Below, piece by piece: positions 1 through 9,619 of a DNA stretch of 64,000 nt; position 1 is the first letter of the stretch, and the number at the start of each line of letters is the position of its first letter. Origin of the DNA: Halobacteriales archaeon (GTDB taxonomy: Archaea > Halobacteriota > Halobacteria > Halobacteriales > SKSH01); the NCBI GenBank assembly GCA_046543335.1, contig JBKGZP010000001.1, forward strand, positions 12,234 through 76,233, given 5' to 3'. The translations under genes were made by a program, and so were the position numbers. The notes below the pieces were generated by a model. That model did not search any database. It was not told the DNA's origin and worked only from the letters and a program-made list of their open reading frames with translations.

Positions 1-225
1 GGGGGCCGCGACCACGCCGCGGTAGTGGGTGGCGATTCCCTCGGCCTCGAGGCGCTCGAAGTTGAACGCCCCCATCGTGCAGAGGCTGGCGCCCTTGTCG
101 GGGATCGGATCCGGCATCCGGCCCCAGTCGAAGACAGAGTAGGCGTCGGTGAAGGTGAACGTCGCGCGGCCGAGGCGACCCGCCGCCGCGGGCGTCTGGA
201 CGTCGATCTCCTTGACGCTGGTCAC
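1..225 (-). CDS. purC: SAICAR synthetase (N-terminal part; runs off window start)
   Basis: Manual translation from GTG at 225: MTSVKEIDV...[43 protein letters not shown], the typical haloarchaeal PurC N-terminus; not in ORF track. Confidence 0.9.
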   Translation of the reverse strand, partial: MTSVKEIDVQTPAAAGRLGRATFTFTDAYSVFDWGRMPDPIPDKGASLCTMGAFNFERLEAEGIATHYRGVVAAP

Positions 226-350
226 GGTCGCACGCCCCCCTCACCGGCCGTCGCGTCGGGCCCGTCCATGGCGGGGGGCCTATCGCCGGGGGCAAAGCCG
301 TTTTCCTCCGACCCGACGGTTTATTGCCGGGGCTCTCGACGGGCTCGTCC

Positions 351-1712
351 ATGCAGCGGCGAGGGGCCGGAGCCCCCCGCGGTCGCCGGCGGTCGTTCGG
401 CTTCGCGCACCGACCGGTCACCGACCAGCCGTTCGAGAACGCCCTCGAGAACGCCCGGACTGGCCGTCGGCTCTCCGTCGAGGACGCGGTCGCCCTCCTG
501 ACGACCGGGACGGACGTCGACGGCATCGACCCCGCACGCAAGGAGCGCGTCCTGGAGGCGGCTGACCGGCGCCGGGCCGAGGTCGTTGGCGACGAGGTCA
601 CCTTCGTCGCCAACCTCAACAACAACGTCACGACGGCGTGCAACACGGGCTGCCTCTTTTGCAACTTCAAGGATCCGGCGGGCGCGTTCGAGACCGACGC
701 GACGGTCGAGCACGACGGCTTCACGAAGCGACCCGCGGCGTCGCGCCGCATCGTCGACGAGGCGCTCGACCTCGGCATCTCCGAGGTGTGCTCGGTCTCG
801 GGGCTCCACCCGGCGTTCGCGTTGGACGACGAGCACCGCGAGGCGCTCGCGGCCCACGACGATCCCGCGGCGGTGAACTACCGACCCCCGTCGGCGTACC
901 GGGTCGACCCGGGCACCTACGTCGACCAGCTGCGGGCGATGAAGGTCGACGGGGTCCACCTCCACTCGATGACGCCTGAGGAGGCCGCCCACGCGGCCCG
1001 CGGGTGGGACCGCGACTACGTCGACGTCTACCGCCGACTCGCCGACGCGGGCCTCGATTCGGTTCCGGGGACCGCGGCGGAGGTCCTCGTCGACGAGGTC
1101 CGGGAGGTGATCTGTCCGCGCAAGATCGACGCCGCCGGCTGGGTCGCGGCGATGCGGGCGGCCGCGGCGGTCGGGCTCGACATGACCGCCACGATCATGT
1201 ACGGGCACGTCGAGAACGAGCGCCACCGCGCGATGCACCTCGAGGTCGTGCGCGACCTCCAGGCCGAGACCGGCGCGATCACCGAGTTCGTCCCACTGTC
1301 GTTCGTCCACCCGGAGACGCCGCTGTACGACTACGGCTACGTCGACGGCGGGGCCACCCGCGCGGAGGACGAGCTGATGGTCGCCGTCAGCCGGCTCTTC
1401 TTGGACAACGTCGAGCACGTCCAGTCCTCGTGGGTCAAGTACGGCGACGCCTTCGGGCTCAAGCTGCTTTCGTGCGGTGCCGACGACTTCATGGGGACGG
1501 TCCTGTCCGAGGAGATCACCAAGCGCGCCGGCGGCGACCACGGCGAGGTGCGCACGGTCGAGCAGTACGTCGAGATGATCGCGGGCGTCGGGCGCACCCC
1601 CGTCGAGCGCTCGACCGACTACCGCCGCCGTCGCGTGATCGACCCCGACGACGCCCCCCACGGGCCGGCGCTCGGCCCGCGCGCCGACGGGACGCCCATG
1701 CTGGCCGGGTGA
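351..1712 (+). CDS. cofH: FO synthase subunit 2 (radical SAM)
   Basis: CNTGCLFC radical-SAM motif, PGTAAEVL, MYGHVE, QSSWVK; adjacent to cofG/cofC. Confidence 0.93.
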   Translation: MQRRGAGAPRGRRRSFGFAHRPVTDQPFENALENARTGRRLSVEDAVALLTTGTDVDGIDPARKERVLEAADRRRAEVVGDEVTFVANLNNNVTTACNTGCLFCNFKDPAGAFETDATVEHDGFTKRPAASRRIVDEALDLGISEVCSVSGLHPAFALDDEHREALAAHDDPAAVNYRPPSAYRVDPGTYVDQLRAMKVDGVHLHSMTPEEAAHAARGWDRDYVDVYRRLADAGLDSVPGTAAEVLVDEVREVICPRKIDAAGWVAAMRAAAAVGLDMTATIMYGHVENERHRAMHLEVVRDLQAETGAITEFVPLSFVHPETPLYDYGYVDGGATRAEDELMVAVSRLFLDNVEHVQSSWVKYGDAFGLKLLSCGADDFMGTVLSEEITKRAGGDHGEVRTVEQYVEMIAGVGRTPVERSTDYRRRRVIDPDDAPHGPALGPRADGTPMLAG

Positions 1713-1730
1713 CGGCGGGCCCCCCGGGGG

Positions 1731-2831
1731 TCACGAGGAGCGCGTCGGGTCGTCGAGGCGGGTCCGACAGGCCTCGACGACGGCGCTCGCGGGCGGTCTG
1801 ACGAAGGCGCCGCCGTCGCCGTCGAGGAAGCGCTCGTAGACGGGCAGGCGCTCACGGAGGGGCACGCCCGCCTCGTCGGCGATGGCGCGCAGCTCCTCGA
1901 GGGCGGGCCACGCGTACGCCGGGTTGACGTGGTCGACGGTGACGGGGGAGACGCCGCCGAGGTCCTCGACGCCGCAGTCGAGCAGCTCGCGCACCCGGGC
2001 GAGGTTCGGCGGCACCTGCACCGCGACCTCCGGGGGGAGGACCGCCCTGGCCATCGCCACCGTGCGACGCATCGTCTCGAGGTCCGGCGACCCGCCGCCC
2101 CAGCGCTCGTTCTCGACGACCGGCTGGACGATGACCTCCTGCACGTGGTCGAAGCGCTCGTGGAGCCGGCGGATTGCGAGGAGGCTGGTCGCGCGGTCGC
2201 GGTGGTCCTCGCCGATGCCGACCAGGATACCCGTCGTGAACGCCACCCCGACGCGTCCGGCGTCGCTGATCGTGGCGAGGCGTCGCCCCGGCGACTTCCC
2301 GCGGGGGCCATCGTGGGCGCGCACCTCGGCCGTCGTCTCCAGCATCACGCCCATGCTCGCGTTGTACGGCGCCAAGGCGGCGAGCTGGTCGCGCGTCTGG
2401 TCGCCGGGGTTGGCGTGGGGCAACAGCCCCGCCTCCAGGGTCTCCCGGCAGACGTCGACGAGGTAGTCGTGGACGGTGTCGAACCCCCAGGCCGACAGCG
2501 TGGCGTGGAGGTCCGAGTACCGCGCGTCCGGCTCGTCGCCGAGGACGAACAGCGCCTCGGTGCACCCGGCGTCGACGCCGCGCTCGACGACGTCGGCGAT
2601 CGCCTCGGGGGCGAGCAGCTCGGCCGCCCCGGGGGGGTCGTAGAAGGTGCAGTAGGTGCAGGTGTACCGACAGGCTGTCGTCAGCGGGATGAAGACGTTT
2701 CGCGCGAAGGTGAGCGCCTCGGCCGCCTCGACGTCGGCTGGTCCGTACCGCATGGCGCGGCGGACGGCCGCCTCGTCGAGGTCGATGTCGACGCCGTGGG
2801 CGCGCGCACCGGGGATCGAGACGGGGGACAC
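1731..2831 (-). CDS. cofG: FO synthase subunit 1 (radical SAM)
   Basis: NVFIPLTTACRYTCTYC, PHANPG, QVPPNL, DLGGVSPVT.DHVNP. Confidence 0.95.
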   Translation of the reverse strand: MSPVSIPGARAHGVDIDLDEAAVRRAMRYGPADVEAAEALTFARNVFIPLTTACRYTCTYCTFYDPPGAAELLAPEAIADVVERGVDAGCTEALFVLGDEPDARYSDLHATLSAWGFDTVHDYLVDVCRETLEAGLLPHANPGDQTRDQLAALAPYNASMGVMLETTAEVRAHDGPRGKSPGRRLATISDAGRVGVAFTTGILVGIGEDHRDRATSLLAIRRLHERFDHVQEVIVQPVVENERWGGGSPDLETMRRTVAMARAVLPPEVAVQVPPNLARVRELLDCGVEDLGGVSPVTVDHVNPAYAWPALEELRAIADEAGVPLRERLPVYERFLDGDGGAFVRPPASAVVEACRTRLDDPTRSS

Positions 2832-2859
2832 GTGCCCGGAGGCACCGCTCGGGCGACCT

Positions 2860-3480
2860 TCAATCCCCCGGCGACCGCTCGACGCTCACCCGGCCGTCGG
2901 CGTGGACGATCCGGACACCGTGCGCCTCGAGCCACGCGCGAGCGCGCCCCTCGGCGTGCAATAGCACCTCCGCGAGGTCGGCGGGTTCGTCGACGTCGAC
3001 CCCGAGGCGGTAGGAGTCCACGGTCGTCAAGGTGGTTCCCACGGCCGCCGCCCGCTCCCGGTGATCGCGGATCGAGCAGCCGTGGTAGTCCACCCGGAAC
3101 GCCGGTTCGCGCACGACCAGGGCGTTCGTCCCACCGCCGAGGCCGGGCACCGCCACGACCGGCCCGGACGCCTCGAGCAGCCGCGCGATCGCCGTCGGCG
3201 TGGCGAGGGGGAGGTCCGCCATCACGATCGCCAGTGGTCGGTCAGCCCGAGCGAGGCGGTCGTTCACCGCCGGCGACAGCGGCCGCTCGTCGACGTCGAC
3301 GGGGGCGGCTACCCGGACGTCGGCCGTCGCGACGACCCGGGGGTCGCCGCCGCCGCCGGCGACGGCCTCGAGCACGTCGGCGAGCATCGCCTCGGCGAAG
3401 TCGTGGCGCTCGTCGGCGCCCAGCACCGGCTCAAGGCGGCGTTTCGGGTCGATCGCGTCGAACGGGACCAGGACGTCCAC
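2860..3480 (-). CDS. cofC: 2-phospho-L-lactate/PEP guanylyltransferase
   Basis: GTG start; VLVPF..KRRL, MADLPL, PGLGGGTNAL, DVDEPADL. Confidence 0.92.
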   Translation of the reverse strand: MDVLVPFDAIDPKRRLEPVLGADERHDFAEAMLADVLEAVAGGGGDPRVVATADVRVAAPVDVDERPLSPAVNDRLARADRPLAIVMADLPLATPTAIARLLEASGPVVAVPGLGGGTNALVVREPAFRVDYHGCSIRDHRERAAAVGTTLTTVDSYRLGVDVDEPADLAEVLLHAEGRARAWLEAHGVRIVHADGRVSVERSPGD

Positions 3481-3493
3481 GGCGGTTGTCGGC

Positions 3494-4663
3494 TCAGAAC
3501 AGGGGCTCGAGCTCCTCCGACTGGCGGCGCATGAGCGACTCGAGGTTCGAGTCGCTCGCGGCGCGGATCTCGTCGATGTTCTCCTTGGCCTCGATGGCGA
3601 CCTGCTGGAGCTCCTTGATGCGGGGGACGTTCGTCGCCCCGGAGAGCAACACGGTGCACGCCAGCGAGCGCGCGTTGGCGATTGGGTAGTCGCCACCGCG
3701 GACCTCCATGCTCCCGGTCTGCTCCTCGGTCCACTTGCGGCCGTACTCGATGCCCTTGCGGTTGAGGTGGTCCGGCGGTCCGCTGACGACGACGAGCGCG
3801 CGCTCGATGCCGTCGAGCTCGCAGGGGAGGGTGAGCCGACCGAGGACCGCCTTGCGGACGAGGGAGGTGATCCGGTTGGTCTTCTCGGCGGAGTCGAGCT
3901 GGTCGTCCGCGCCCGTGAACCGCGAGAGGAGGCCGCCCCGGTCGCGATCGAGCTCCTGGCGGGCGTAGCCGATGGTCGAGATGCCGCCGCTGCGGAGGGT
4001 GTTGATGATCTCGCTCGAGTCGACGACGCTCTCGCCGACCTCGTCGCCGGGGGAGACCTCACCCGCGTTGAACATCAGCCCGAACCGGGTGACGATCTCG
4101 TCGTTGATCTCGGCGTAGCTGTCCTCGATCGACTCGCCCGTCCGCCGCCAGGCGTCGTTGTCGAAGATCATCACGTTGTCCGCCTCGTTGACGAACGTCT
4201 GGAGCGATCGCGCGGTGTTCAGCGTGTAGATTCCCCCCTCGTCGTTGCTCGGGAGGATGCCGAGGCCGTAGACCGGCTCCTGGTACAGCCGCTTGAGGTG
4301 CTTGGCGAGCACGGGCGAGCCGCCGCTGCCGGTCCCGCCACCGAGGCCGGCGATGATGAGGAAGGCGTCGATCTCGTGGACCGGGACCCGGTCGATCGCG
4401 CCCTGGATCTCGTCGATGTCCTCCTCGGCGATCTGGGCGCCCAGTTCGTTGTCGGCACCGACCCCGTGGCCCTTGACGCGGGTCTCGCCGATGAGCATCC
4501 GGTTCTCCTCTGGGACCCACTCCAGCCCGAGGAGGTCGGCCTTGGCCGTGTTGATCGCGATGGCGGAGTTGACGACGTCGCCGCCGGTGCGATTGTCGTA
4601 CTCGAGGAACTTGTCGAGGATCTTCCCACCGGCCTGGCCGAAGCCGATCATTGCGAGTTTCAT
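3494..4663 (-). CDS. cetZ: Tubulin/FtsZ-superfamily cell-shape protein CetZ (CetZ1-like)
   Basis: MKLAMIGFGQAGGKI, GHGVGADNELG, GGGTGSG, FDND, VVDSSEIINTL; upstream of cofC. Confidence 0.93.
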   Translation of the reverse strand: MKLAMIGFGQAGGKILDKFLEYDNRTGGDVVNSAIAINTAKADLLGLEWVPEENRMLIGETRVKGHGVGADNELGAQIAEEDIDEIQGAIDRVPVHEIDAFLIIAGLGGGTGSGGSPVLAKHLKRLYQEPVYGLGILPSNDEGGIYTLNTARSLQTFVNEADNVMIFDNDAWRRTGESIEDSYAEINDEIVTRFGLMFNAGEVSPGDEVGESVVDSSEIINTLRSGGISTIGYARQELDRDRGGLLSRFTGADDQLDSAEKTNRITSLVRKAVLGRLTLPCELDGIERALVVVSGPPDHLNRKGIEYGRKWTEEQTGSMEVRGGDYPIANARSLACTVLLSGATNVPRIKELQQVAIEAKENIDEIRAASDSNLESLMRRQSEELEPLF

Positions 4664-4755
4664 TCTTGGTACCCCCTGTGCCCGGGGGACTATCAAAGGT
4701 TCGTACCCCGCTATCAGGCGGCGATATCGGACGGTGCAGCCGCTGAACGGTCGGC

Positions 4756-5679
4756 TCAGGTGGGGCTCGGCGTCTCGAGGCCGAGGTAGGCGGGGAGCGG
4801 CAGGAGCTCCGCGACGGGACGGCCGAGCCGGGCGACGGCGTTGTCCGCGGTGACGTTGTCGATATCGAGGGCCCGGCCCTGGTCCGCACCGAGGGGGAAG
4901 CCGGGTACCGCACCGGCGATGGACAGCCCGATCCTCGCCAGCCCGGTGGGAACCGGCAGCAGCCGGGCCGGCCGGCCCTCGGCGCGGTGGACCAGGCGGA
5001 CGATTTCGGACAGGGTGTAGACCTCGGGCCCGCCCAGCTCGTACGTCTCGCCGACGTGCTCCTCCCCGACGGTGGCCTCGGTGAGCAGGGGGGCCATATC
5101 GCCGACCCAGATGGGTTGGAACCGCGCGCGGGCACCGGGCAGCGGCGAGACGTACGGCCAGGCCAGCCGGTCCGAGAAGGGGGGGAACGAGACCCATCGA
5201 GTGAAGCGGACGAACTCGCCGCCCTCGCCGAAGACGACCGAGGGCCGGACGATCGTCCAGTCGAGGTCGCGATCGCGGACGGCCACCTCCGCGCGGCCCT
5301 TCGCGCGGAGGTGCGACGTGGTGGCATCGGGATCGGCCCCGATACCGCTCATCTGGACGAAGCGGTCGACGCCGGCCTCCTCGGCGGCGTCCAGGAGGTG
5401 CTCGGTTCCGCGGCGGTGGACGCCGTCGTGGGTCAGGCCACGAGGCGGCTCGAACAGCGGGGAGAGGGCGACGAGGTTGACGACGGCGTCGTGTCCGGAG
5501 AGCGCCTCGACCAGGCCGTCTCGCGCGGTCACGTCGGCCTCGATGCCGTCGACACCCGCCGGCAGCGCCTCGCCGTCGACGGTGCGCGCCATGGCCGAGA
5601 CCGCGTGGCCGTCCTCCGCGAGGTCGGCGCACAACGCGGATCCGATGAAGCCGGTCCCACCCGCGACGAGGACGCGCAT
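4756..5679 (-). CDS. NAD-dependent epimerase/dehydratase (NDUFA9-like SDR)
   Basis: GGTGFIG Rossmann motif, RPSVVFG, FQPIWVGD. Confidence 0.85.
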   Translation of the reverse strand: MRVLVAGGTGFIGSALCADLAEDGHAVSAMARTVDGEALPAGVDGIEADVTARDGLVEALSGHDAVVNLVALSPLFEPPRGLTHDGVHRRGTEHLLDAAEEAGVDRFVQMSGIGADPDATTSHLRAKGRAEVAVRDRDLDWTIVRPSVVFGEGGEFVRFTRWVSFPPFSDRLAWPYVSPLPGARARFQPIWVGDMAPLLTEATVGEEHVGETYELGGPEVYTLSEIVRLVHRAEGRPARLLPVPTGLARIGLSIAGAVPGFPLGADQGRALDIDNVTADNAVARLGRPVAELLPLPAYLGLETPSPT

Positions 5680-5773
5680 GGTGACGGGTTCGGCCCTGTC
5701 GGTCCTAAGGATTGTCCTCCACCAGTCGGCATCCGCGACGCTTTAGGCGACGGCGCTGGAGGCGAACGCAGGG

Positions 5774-6355
5774 ATGCTGTGCACGCTCGAGGGGCTCGAC
5801 GGCTCGGGCAAGACGACCGTGTGGCGACGGCTTCGCGAGGTCTACCCCGAGGCGACGTTCACCCGCGAGCCCACGCGTTCCTGGTACGGCGAGGCGGTGC
5901 GTCGGTCGGTGGCCGACCCGGCGGCGGACCCCCTCGCCGAGTTGTTCCTGTACTGCGCGGATCACGCCGACCACGTCGCGAACGTCGTCTCCCCCGCCCT
6001 CGAGCGCGACGAGCTGGTCGTCTCCGACCGGTACGTCGACAGCCGCCTGGCCTACCAGGGCGTCACCCTCGATGGTCGTCTCGACGACCCCGTGGGGTAC
6101 GTCCGGGCCATCCACGAGCCCGTCACCGTCGTCCCGGACCTGACGTGCTACCTGCGCGTCGACGTCGACACCGCCCTCGACCGCAGCGACCGGGACACCA
6201 AGTTCGAGCGTCGCGACTTCCTCGAGCGCGTCGACGCGGTCTATCGGTCGTTGGTCGAGGCCGAGCCGGGGCGCTTTCGCGTCGTCGACGCCACCCAGGA
6301 CCTCGAGGCGGTCGTCGCGGACGTCACGGCCGCCATCGAGGCTGCTCTGGCCTAG
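5774..6355 (+). CDS. tmk: Thymidylate kinase
   Basis: EGLDGSGKTT P-loop, TREP, SDRY.DSRLAYQG. Confidence 0.95.
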   Translation: MLCTLEGLDGSGKTTVWRRLREVYPEATFTREPTRSWYGEAVRRSVADPAADPLAELFLYCADHADHVANVVSPALERDELVVSDRYVDSRLAYQGVTLDGRLDDPVGYVRAIHEPVTVVPDLTCYLRVDVDTALDRSDRDTKFERRDFLERVDAVYRSLVEAEPGRFRVVDATQDLEAVVADVTAAIEAALA

Positions 6356-6669
6356 GCGTCGAGCGCCACCTCGACCTCCTCGGGCGAGGCGACCCAGAGG
6401 TAGTCGATGGTGACGCCGAGGGCGCCCGGGAAGGCGATGGCGAGCAGCCACGCGAGCGTGGGATCGCCGACGTCGACGCCCAGCCCGAGGACGCCGCTGA
6501 GAAGGAGCGTCGAGGCGATCAGGGCCAGCGGGACCGCGACGACCACGGCCGTCAGCGTGCCGACGCGCGAGACCGCCCACAGCCGCGCGAACCGGGTGGC
6601 AACCCCGGCAAGGACGGTGTTGGCGGCCAGCAGGAGGAGCAGCCCCGCGAGCGCGCCTACCGAGACCAT
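6352..6669 (-). CDS. Small membrane protein (about 3 TM), hypothetical
   Basis: ATG at 6669, 105 aa hydrophobic ORF filling the gap between tmk and E1-alpha. Confidence 0.75.
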   Translation of the reverse strand: MVSVGALAGLLLLLAANTVLAGVATRFARLWAVSRVGTLTAVVVAVPLALIASTLLLSGVLGLGVDVGDPTLAWLLAIAFPGALGVTIDYLWVASPEEVEVALDA

Positions 6670-6740
6670 GCTGGACCTCGGCCCCGGTCGCGTTTGTGGG
6701 TATCGGAACGGCTTTGCCCGCCCCTGTCCGGGTCGTGGAC

Positions 6741-7784
6741 ATGCACCGCGTCCTCGAGGGTGGCGGCCTCGACGCCGCCGGCGTCGACGACCCGACGGCC
6801 CTCGCGATCTTCCGGGACATGGTCCGCGCGCGTCGCTTCGACGAGCGGGCCCTCGCGCTGCAACGACGCGGCTGGATGAGCGGGTACCCTCCGTTTCGCG
6901 GCCAGGAGGCGTCGCAGGTCGGCGCCGCCCACGCCATGGCCGACGAGGACTGGCTCGCCCCGACGTACCGGTCGAACGCGATGCTGCTGGCGCTTGGGGT
7001 CGACATGGCCGACCTCCTGCTCTTTCGACGCGGTTTCGGCGAGTACCGCCGCGGTGACTGGCCGGCGGGCGTCCTGCCCCAGGCCGTCCCGATCGCGACA
7101 CAGATCCCACACGCGGTCGGGATCGGCATGGCCGCCCGGTACCGCGGGGGCGACCACGCCGTCGTGTGCTACCTCGGCGACGGCGCCACGAGCGAGGGCG
7201 ACTTCCACGAGGGCCTCAACTTCGCGGGCGTGTTCGAGTCGCCGACGCTGTTCTTCTGCGAGAACAACCACTGGGCGATCAGCGTCCCGGAGGGGCGCCA
7301 GACCGCGAGCGAGACCCTGGCGCAGAAGGCCGAGGCGTACGGCTTCCCCGGCCGGCGCGTCGACGGCACGGACCCGTTCGCGGTCTACGACCTCGTCGGC
7401 GCGACGCTTTCGACCGTCCGCGACGGCCGGCCGCACCTCCTCGAGAGCCTCACGTACCGTCACGGGCCGCACACCACGGCAGACGACCCGGGCCGGTACC
7501 GCGAGCGAAGCGCGGTCGACCAGTGGCGCCGGCGCGACCCCCTCGAGCGGGCCGAGGCGGCCCTTCGCGACGCGGGCGTGCTCGACGACGAGGCGCTCGA
7601 CGCCATCGAGTCGGCCGTCGAGGCGGAGCTCGAGGCGGCCATCGAGACGGCCGAGGCGGCCGAGCCGCTCGAACCGGGCGAGCCCGTCGACCACCTGTTC
7701 GAGACGGCCTCGCCGCGGCTTCGTCGCCAGCGCGAGGCCATCGAGGCGCAGGCCGCGTGCCGCGACCGGGAGACGGACGGCTGA
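6741..7784 (+). CDS. pdhA: 2-oxoacid dehydrogenase E1 alpha subunit (orphan)
   Basis: GQEA, TPP motif GDGATSEGDFHE...NNHWAIS, YRHGPHTTADD. Confidence 0.88.
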   Translation: MHRVLEGGGLDAAGVDDPTALAIFRDMVRARRFDERALALQRRGWMSGYPPFRGQEASQVGAAHAMADEDWLAPTYRSNAMLLALGVDMADLLLFRRGFGEYRRGDWPAGVLPQAVPIATQIPHAVGIGMAARYRGGDHAVVCYLGDGATSEGDFHEGLNFAGVFESPTLFFCENNHWAISVPEGRQTASETLAQKAEAYGFPGRRVDGTDPFAVYDLVGATLSTVRDGRPHLLESLTYRHGPHTTADDPGRYRERSAVDQWRRRDPLERAEAALRDAGVLDDEALDAIESAVEAELEAAIETAEAAEPLEPGEPVDHLFETASPRLRRQREAIEAQAACRDRETDG

Positions 7785-7790
7785 GCGGCG

Positions 7791-8021
7791 CTAGTCGAGG
7801 GTGATGTACGTCTTCGTCTCGTCGGCCCCCTCGATCGACTGGATCGTGTCCGAGACGAGGTCGAGGATCTCGTGCACCTCGTCGGCCTCGACCTCGGCGA
7901 TGAGGTCGTACTCGCCGGCGACGACGTGGGCCTCCCGGACCGCGGGGAGGTCGGTCAGCACCTCGAGGACCGACGGCGAGGCGGCCGCGCCCGTCTTGAG
8001 CAGCACGAAGGCGTACACCAT
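7791..8021 (-). CDS. Stand-alone Lrp/AsnC ligand-binding (RAM) domain protein
   Basis: 76 aa, AHVVAGEYDLIAEV...TKTYI; no HTH. Confidence 0.85.
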   Translation of the reverse strand: MVYAFVLLKTGAAASPSVLEVLTDLPAVREAHVVAGEYDLIAEVEADEVHEILDLVSDTIQSIEGADETKTYITLD

Positions 8022-8104
8022 CGGGCCGGTCGATAGGCCCCGAACCGGCAAAAGCGTTGAGCCACGGGGAAGTTTAATTGGGTCCCTCGCCAATCCCCGC
8101 ACAC

Positions 8105-8785
8105 ATGCGGTTCGTCATCATCGGCGCCGGTCGCGTCGGCCTGCGAACGGCGCGCGTGTTGCAGGAGGAGGGCCACGAGGTGACCCTCGTCGAGCGCGAC
8201 CCCGATCGCGCCGAGCGCGCCCGGCGGGCTGGCTTCACCGTCGTCGAGGGTGACGGGTCCCACGAGGACGTCCTGGACGCCGCCGGCGTCGACCGGGCGG
8301 ACGCGCTCGGTGCGCTCACGGGCGACTTGAACGTCAACTTCGCCGCCTGTCTCATCGGGAAGCACCACGGCTGTCGAACCGTGTTGCGCATCGACGAGGA
8401 CTACCGCGAGGACATCTACCGGAAGTACGCCGAGCAGGTTGACGACATCGTCTACCCGGAGCGCCTCGGCGCCATCGGCGCGAAGAACGCCATGCTCGGT
8501 GGCGACATCCGCGCCATCGCGGACATCGCGCAGAACCTGCAGGTCGTCGAGCTGAGGGTCACCGACCGGTCGCCGACGCGCGGGTACACCATCAGCGAGG
8601 TGCAGCTGCCGGCGCAGGCCCGGCTGCTCGCGTTCGGCAAGCGAGACGGCCCTCTCGCGCTGCCGGACCCCGACGAGACCCTCGAGGTGGGCGACCGGCT
8701 GGTCGTCCTGGCCGATTTCGACGTCCTGAGCGACGTCCGACAGATCGTCGTCGGCGAGCGCGAACCCGCCGTCCCGGGTGAGTGA
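8105..8785 (+). CDS. trkA: TrkA-family NAD-binding (RCK N+C) protein
   Basis: GAGRVG, GDGS, C-terminal P.PDETLEVGDRL. Confidence 0.88.
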   Translation: MRFVIIGAGRVGLRTARVLQEEGHEVTLVERDPDRAERARRAGFTVVEGDGSHEDVLDAAGVDRADALGALTGDLNVNFAACLIGKHHGCRTVLRIDEDYREDIYRKYAEQVDDIVYPERLGAIGAKNAMLGGDIRAIADIAQNLQVVELRVTDRSPTRGYTISEVQLPAQARLLAFGKRDGPLALPDPDETLEVGDRLVVLADFDVLSDVRQIVVGEREPAVPGE

Positions 8786-8787
8786 GG

Positions 8788-9018
8788 ATGGTCATCGCGT
8801 ACGTCCTGGTGAAGGCGAGCACGGGCGACGCCGACCGTCTCCGTGAGGAGATCGAGGCGTGCGACGGCGTCGATCGCGTCCACATCGTCGCGGGCGATGT
8901 CGACCTGATCGCTCGCGCCACGGTCGACTCGCCCGCCGCGGTCAAGGCGCTCGTCACGGGTTGCATCCAGGCGATCGACGGGGTGGCCGACACGAACACC
9001 TACATCGCCATGGCCTAG
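8788..9018 (+). CDS. Stand-alone Lrp/AsnC ligand-binding domain protein
   Basis: 76 aa, HIVAGDVDLIA...TNTYIAM; paralog of 7791..8021. Confidence 0.85.
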   Translation: MVIAYVLVKASTGDADRLREEIEACDGVDRVHIVAGDVDLIARATVDSPAAVKALVTGCIQAIDGVADTNTYIAMA

Positions 9019-9479
9019 CTGGCGTCGGCATCCCAGGCACCGGCGAGCAACTCGGCCAGCGGTGGGTCGTACTCGTAGCCGGGGATCGCCCCCTGGACGT
9101 ACGTTCCCTGCGTGAACTCCGCGAGGGCCTTGGCGTCGGCGACACCCCCCCGGGCATCGGTCGGCTCGATGGCGTACCGGACGGTGACGGCCGTGGGCGT
9201 CCGCTCGACGTCGACGGGGGCGGCTGGCGGCGACCGTGCCACGTCGTAGCCGTCCTCGAGGCGACGGGCCAGGGTCTCGGACCACTCCTCCTCGACGACC
9301 TCGGGGACGACGGCGTCGCGCACGCTCACCCCGAGGGCGGGGAGGACGACCTCCACGACGATCGTCTCGCCCTCGACGGTGATCGTCGCCGCCACCGCCA
9401 GGGTGGTGACGCGGTAGCTCCCGTCGACCCGTTCGAGGGCGGGGTGGTCCGCGAGGGCGTCTCGGAGGGCATCGTCCAT
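9015..9479 (-). CDS. Conserved haloarchaeal hypothetical protein (DUF5813-like)
   Basis: Acidic ORF with W.ETL.RRLED and GTYVQG.IPGY.Y motifs; alternative in-frame start at 9488. Confidence 0.75.
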   Translation of the reverse strand: MDDALRDALADHPALERVDGSYRVTTLAVAATITVEGETIVVEVVLPALGVSVRDAVVPEVVEEEWSETLARRLEDGYDVARSPPAAPVDVERTPTAVTVRYAIEPTDARGGVADAKALAEFTQGTYVQGAIPGYEYDPPLAELLAGAWDADAS

Positions 9480-9487
9480 GCGTGTCA

Positions 9488-9574
9488 TGCGAGGGATGGG
9501 ATTCGAACCCACGACGAGGCTGCCCTCAGCGGGTCTTAAGCCCGCCGCCGTTGGCCTGGCTTGGCTACCCTCGC
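9488..9574 (-). tRNA. tRNA-Leu (anticodon TAA)
   Basis: Acceptor GCGAGGG/CCCTCGC+A, anticodon arm GCGGG-CTTAAGA-CCCGC, long variable arm, GTTCGAATC T-loop; no encoded CCA, no intron. Confidence 0.95.
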
Positions 9575-9619
9575 GCGGATGCGGCTACGGTCGGCGCCGT
9601 TGAAATATCCGCCGTCCGG

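Noticed and set aside
3494..4663. Cell-division FtsZ
   Set aside because: The GFGQAGGK and VVDSSEIINTL motifs fit CetZ; the FtsZ T7 loop N.DFAD is absent.
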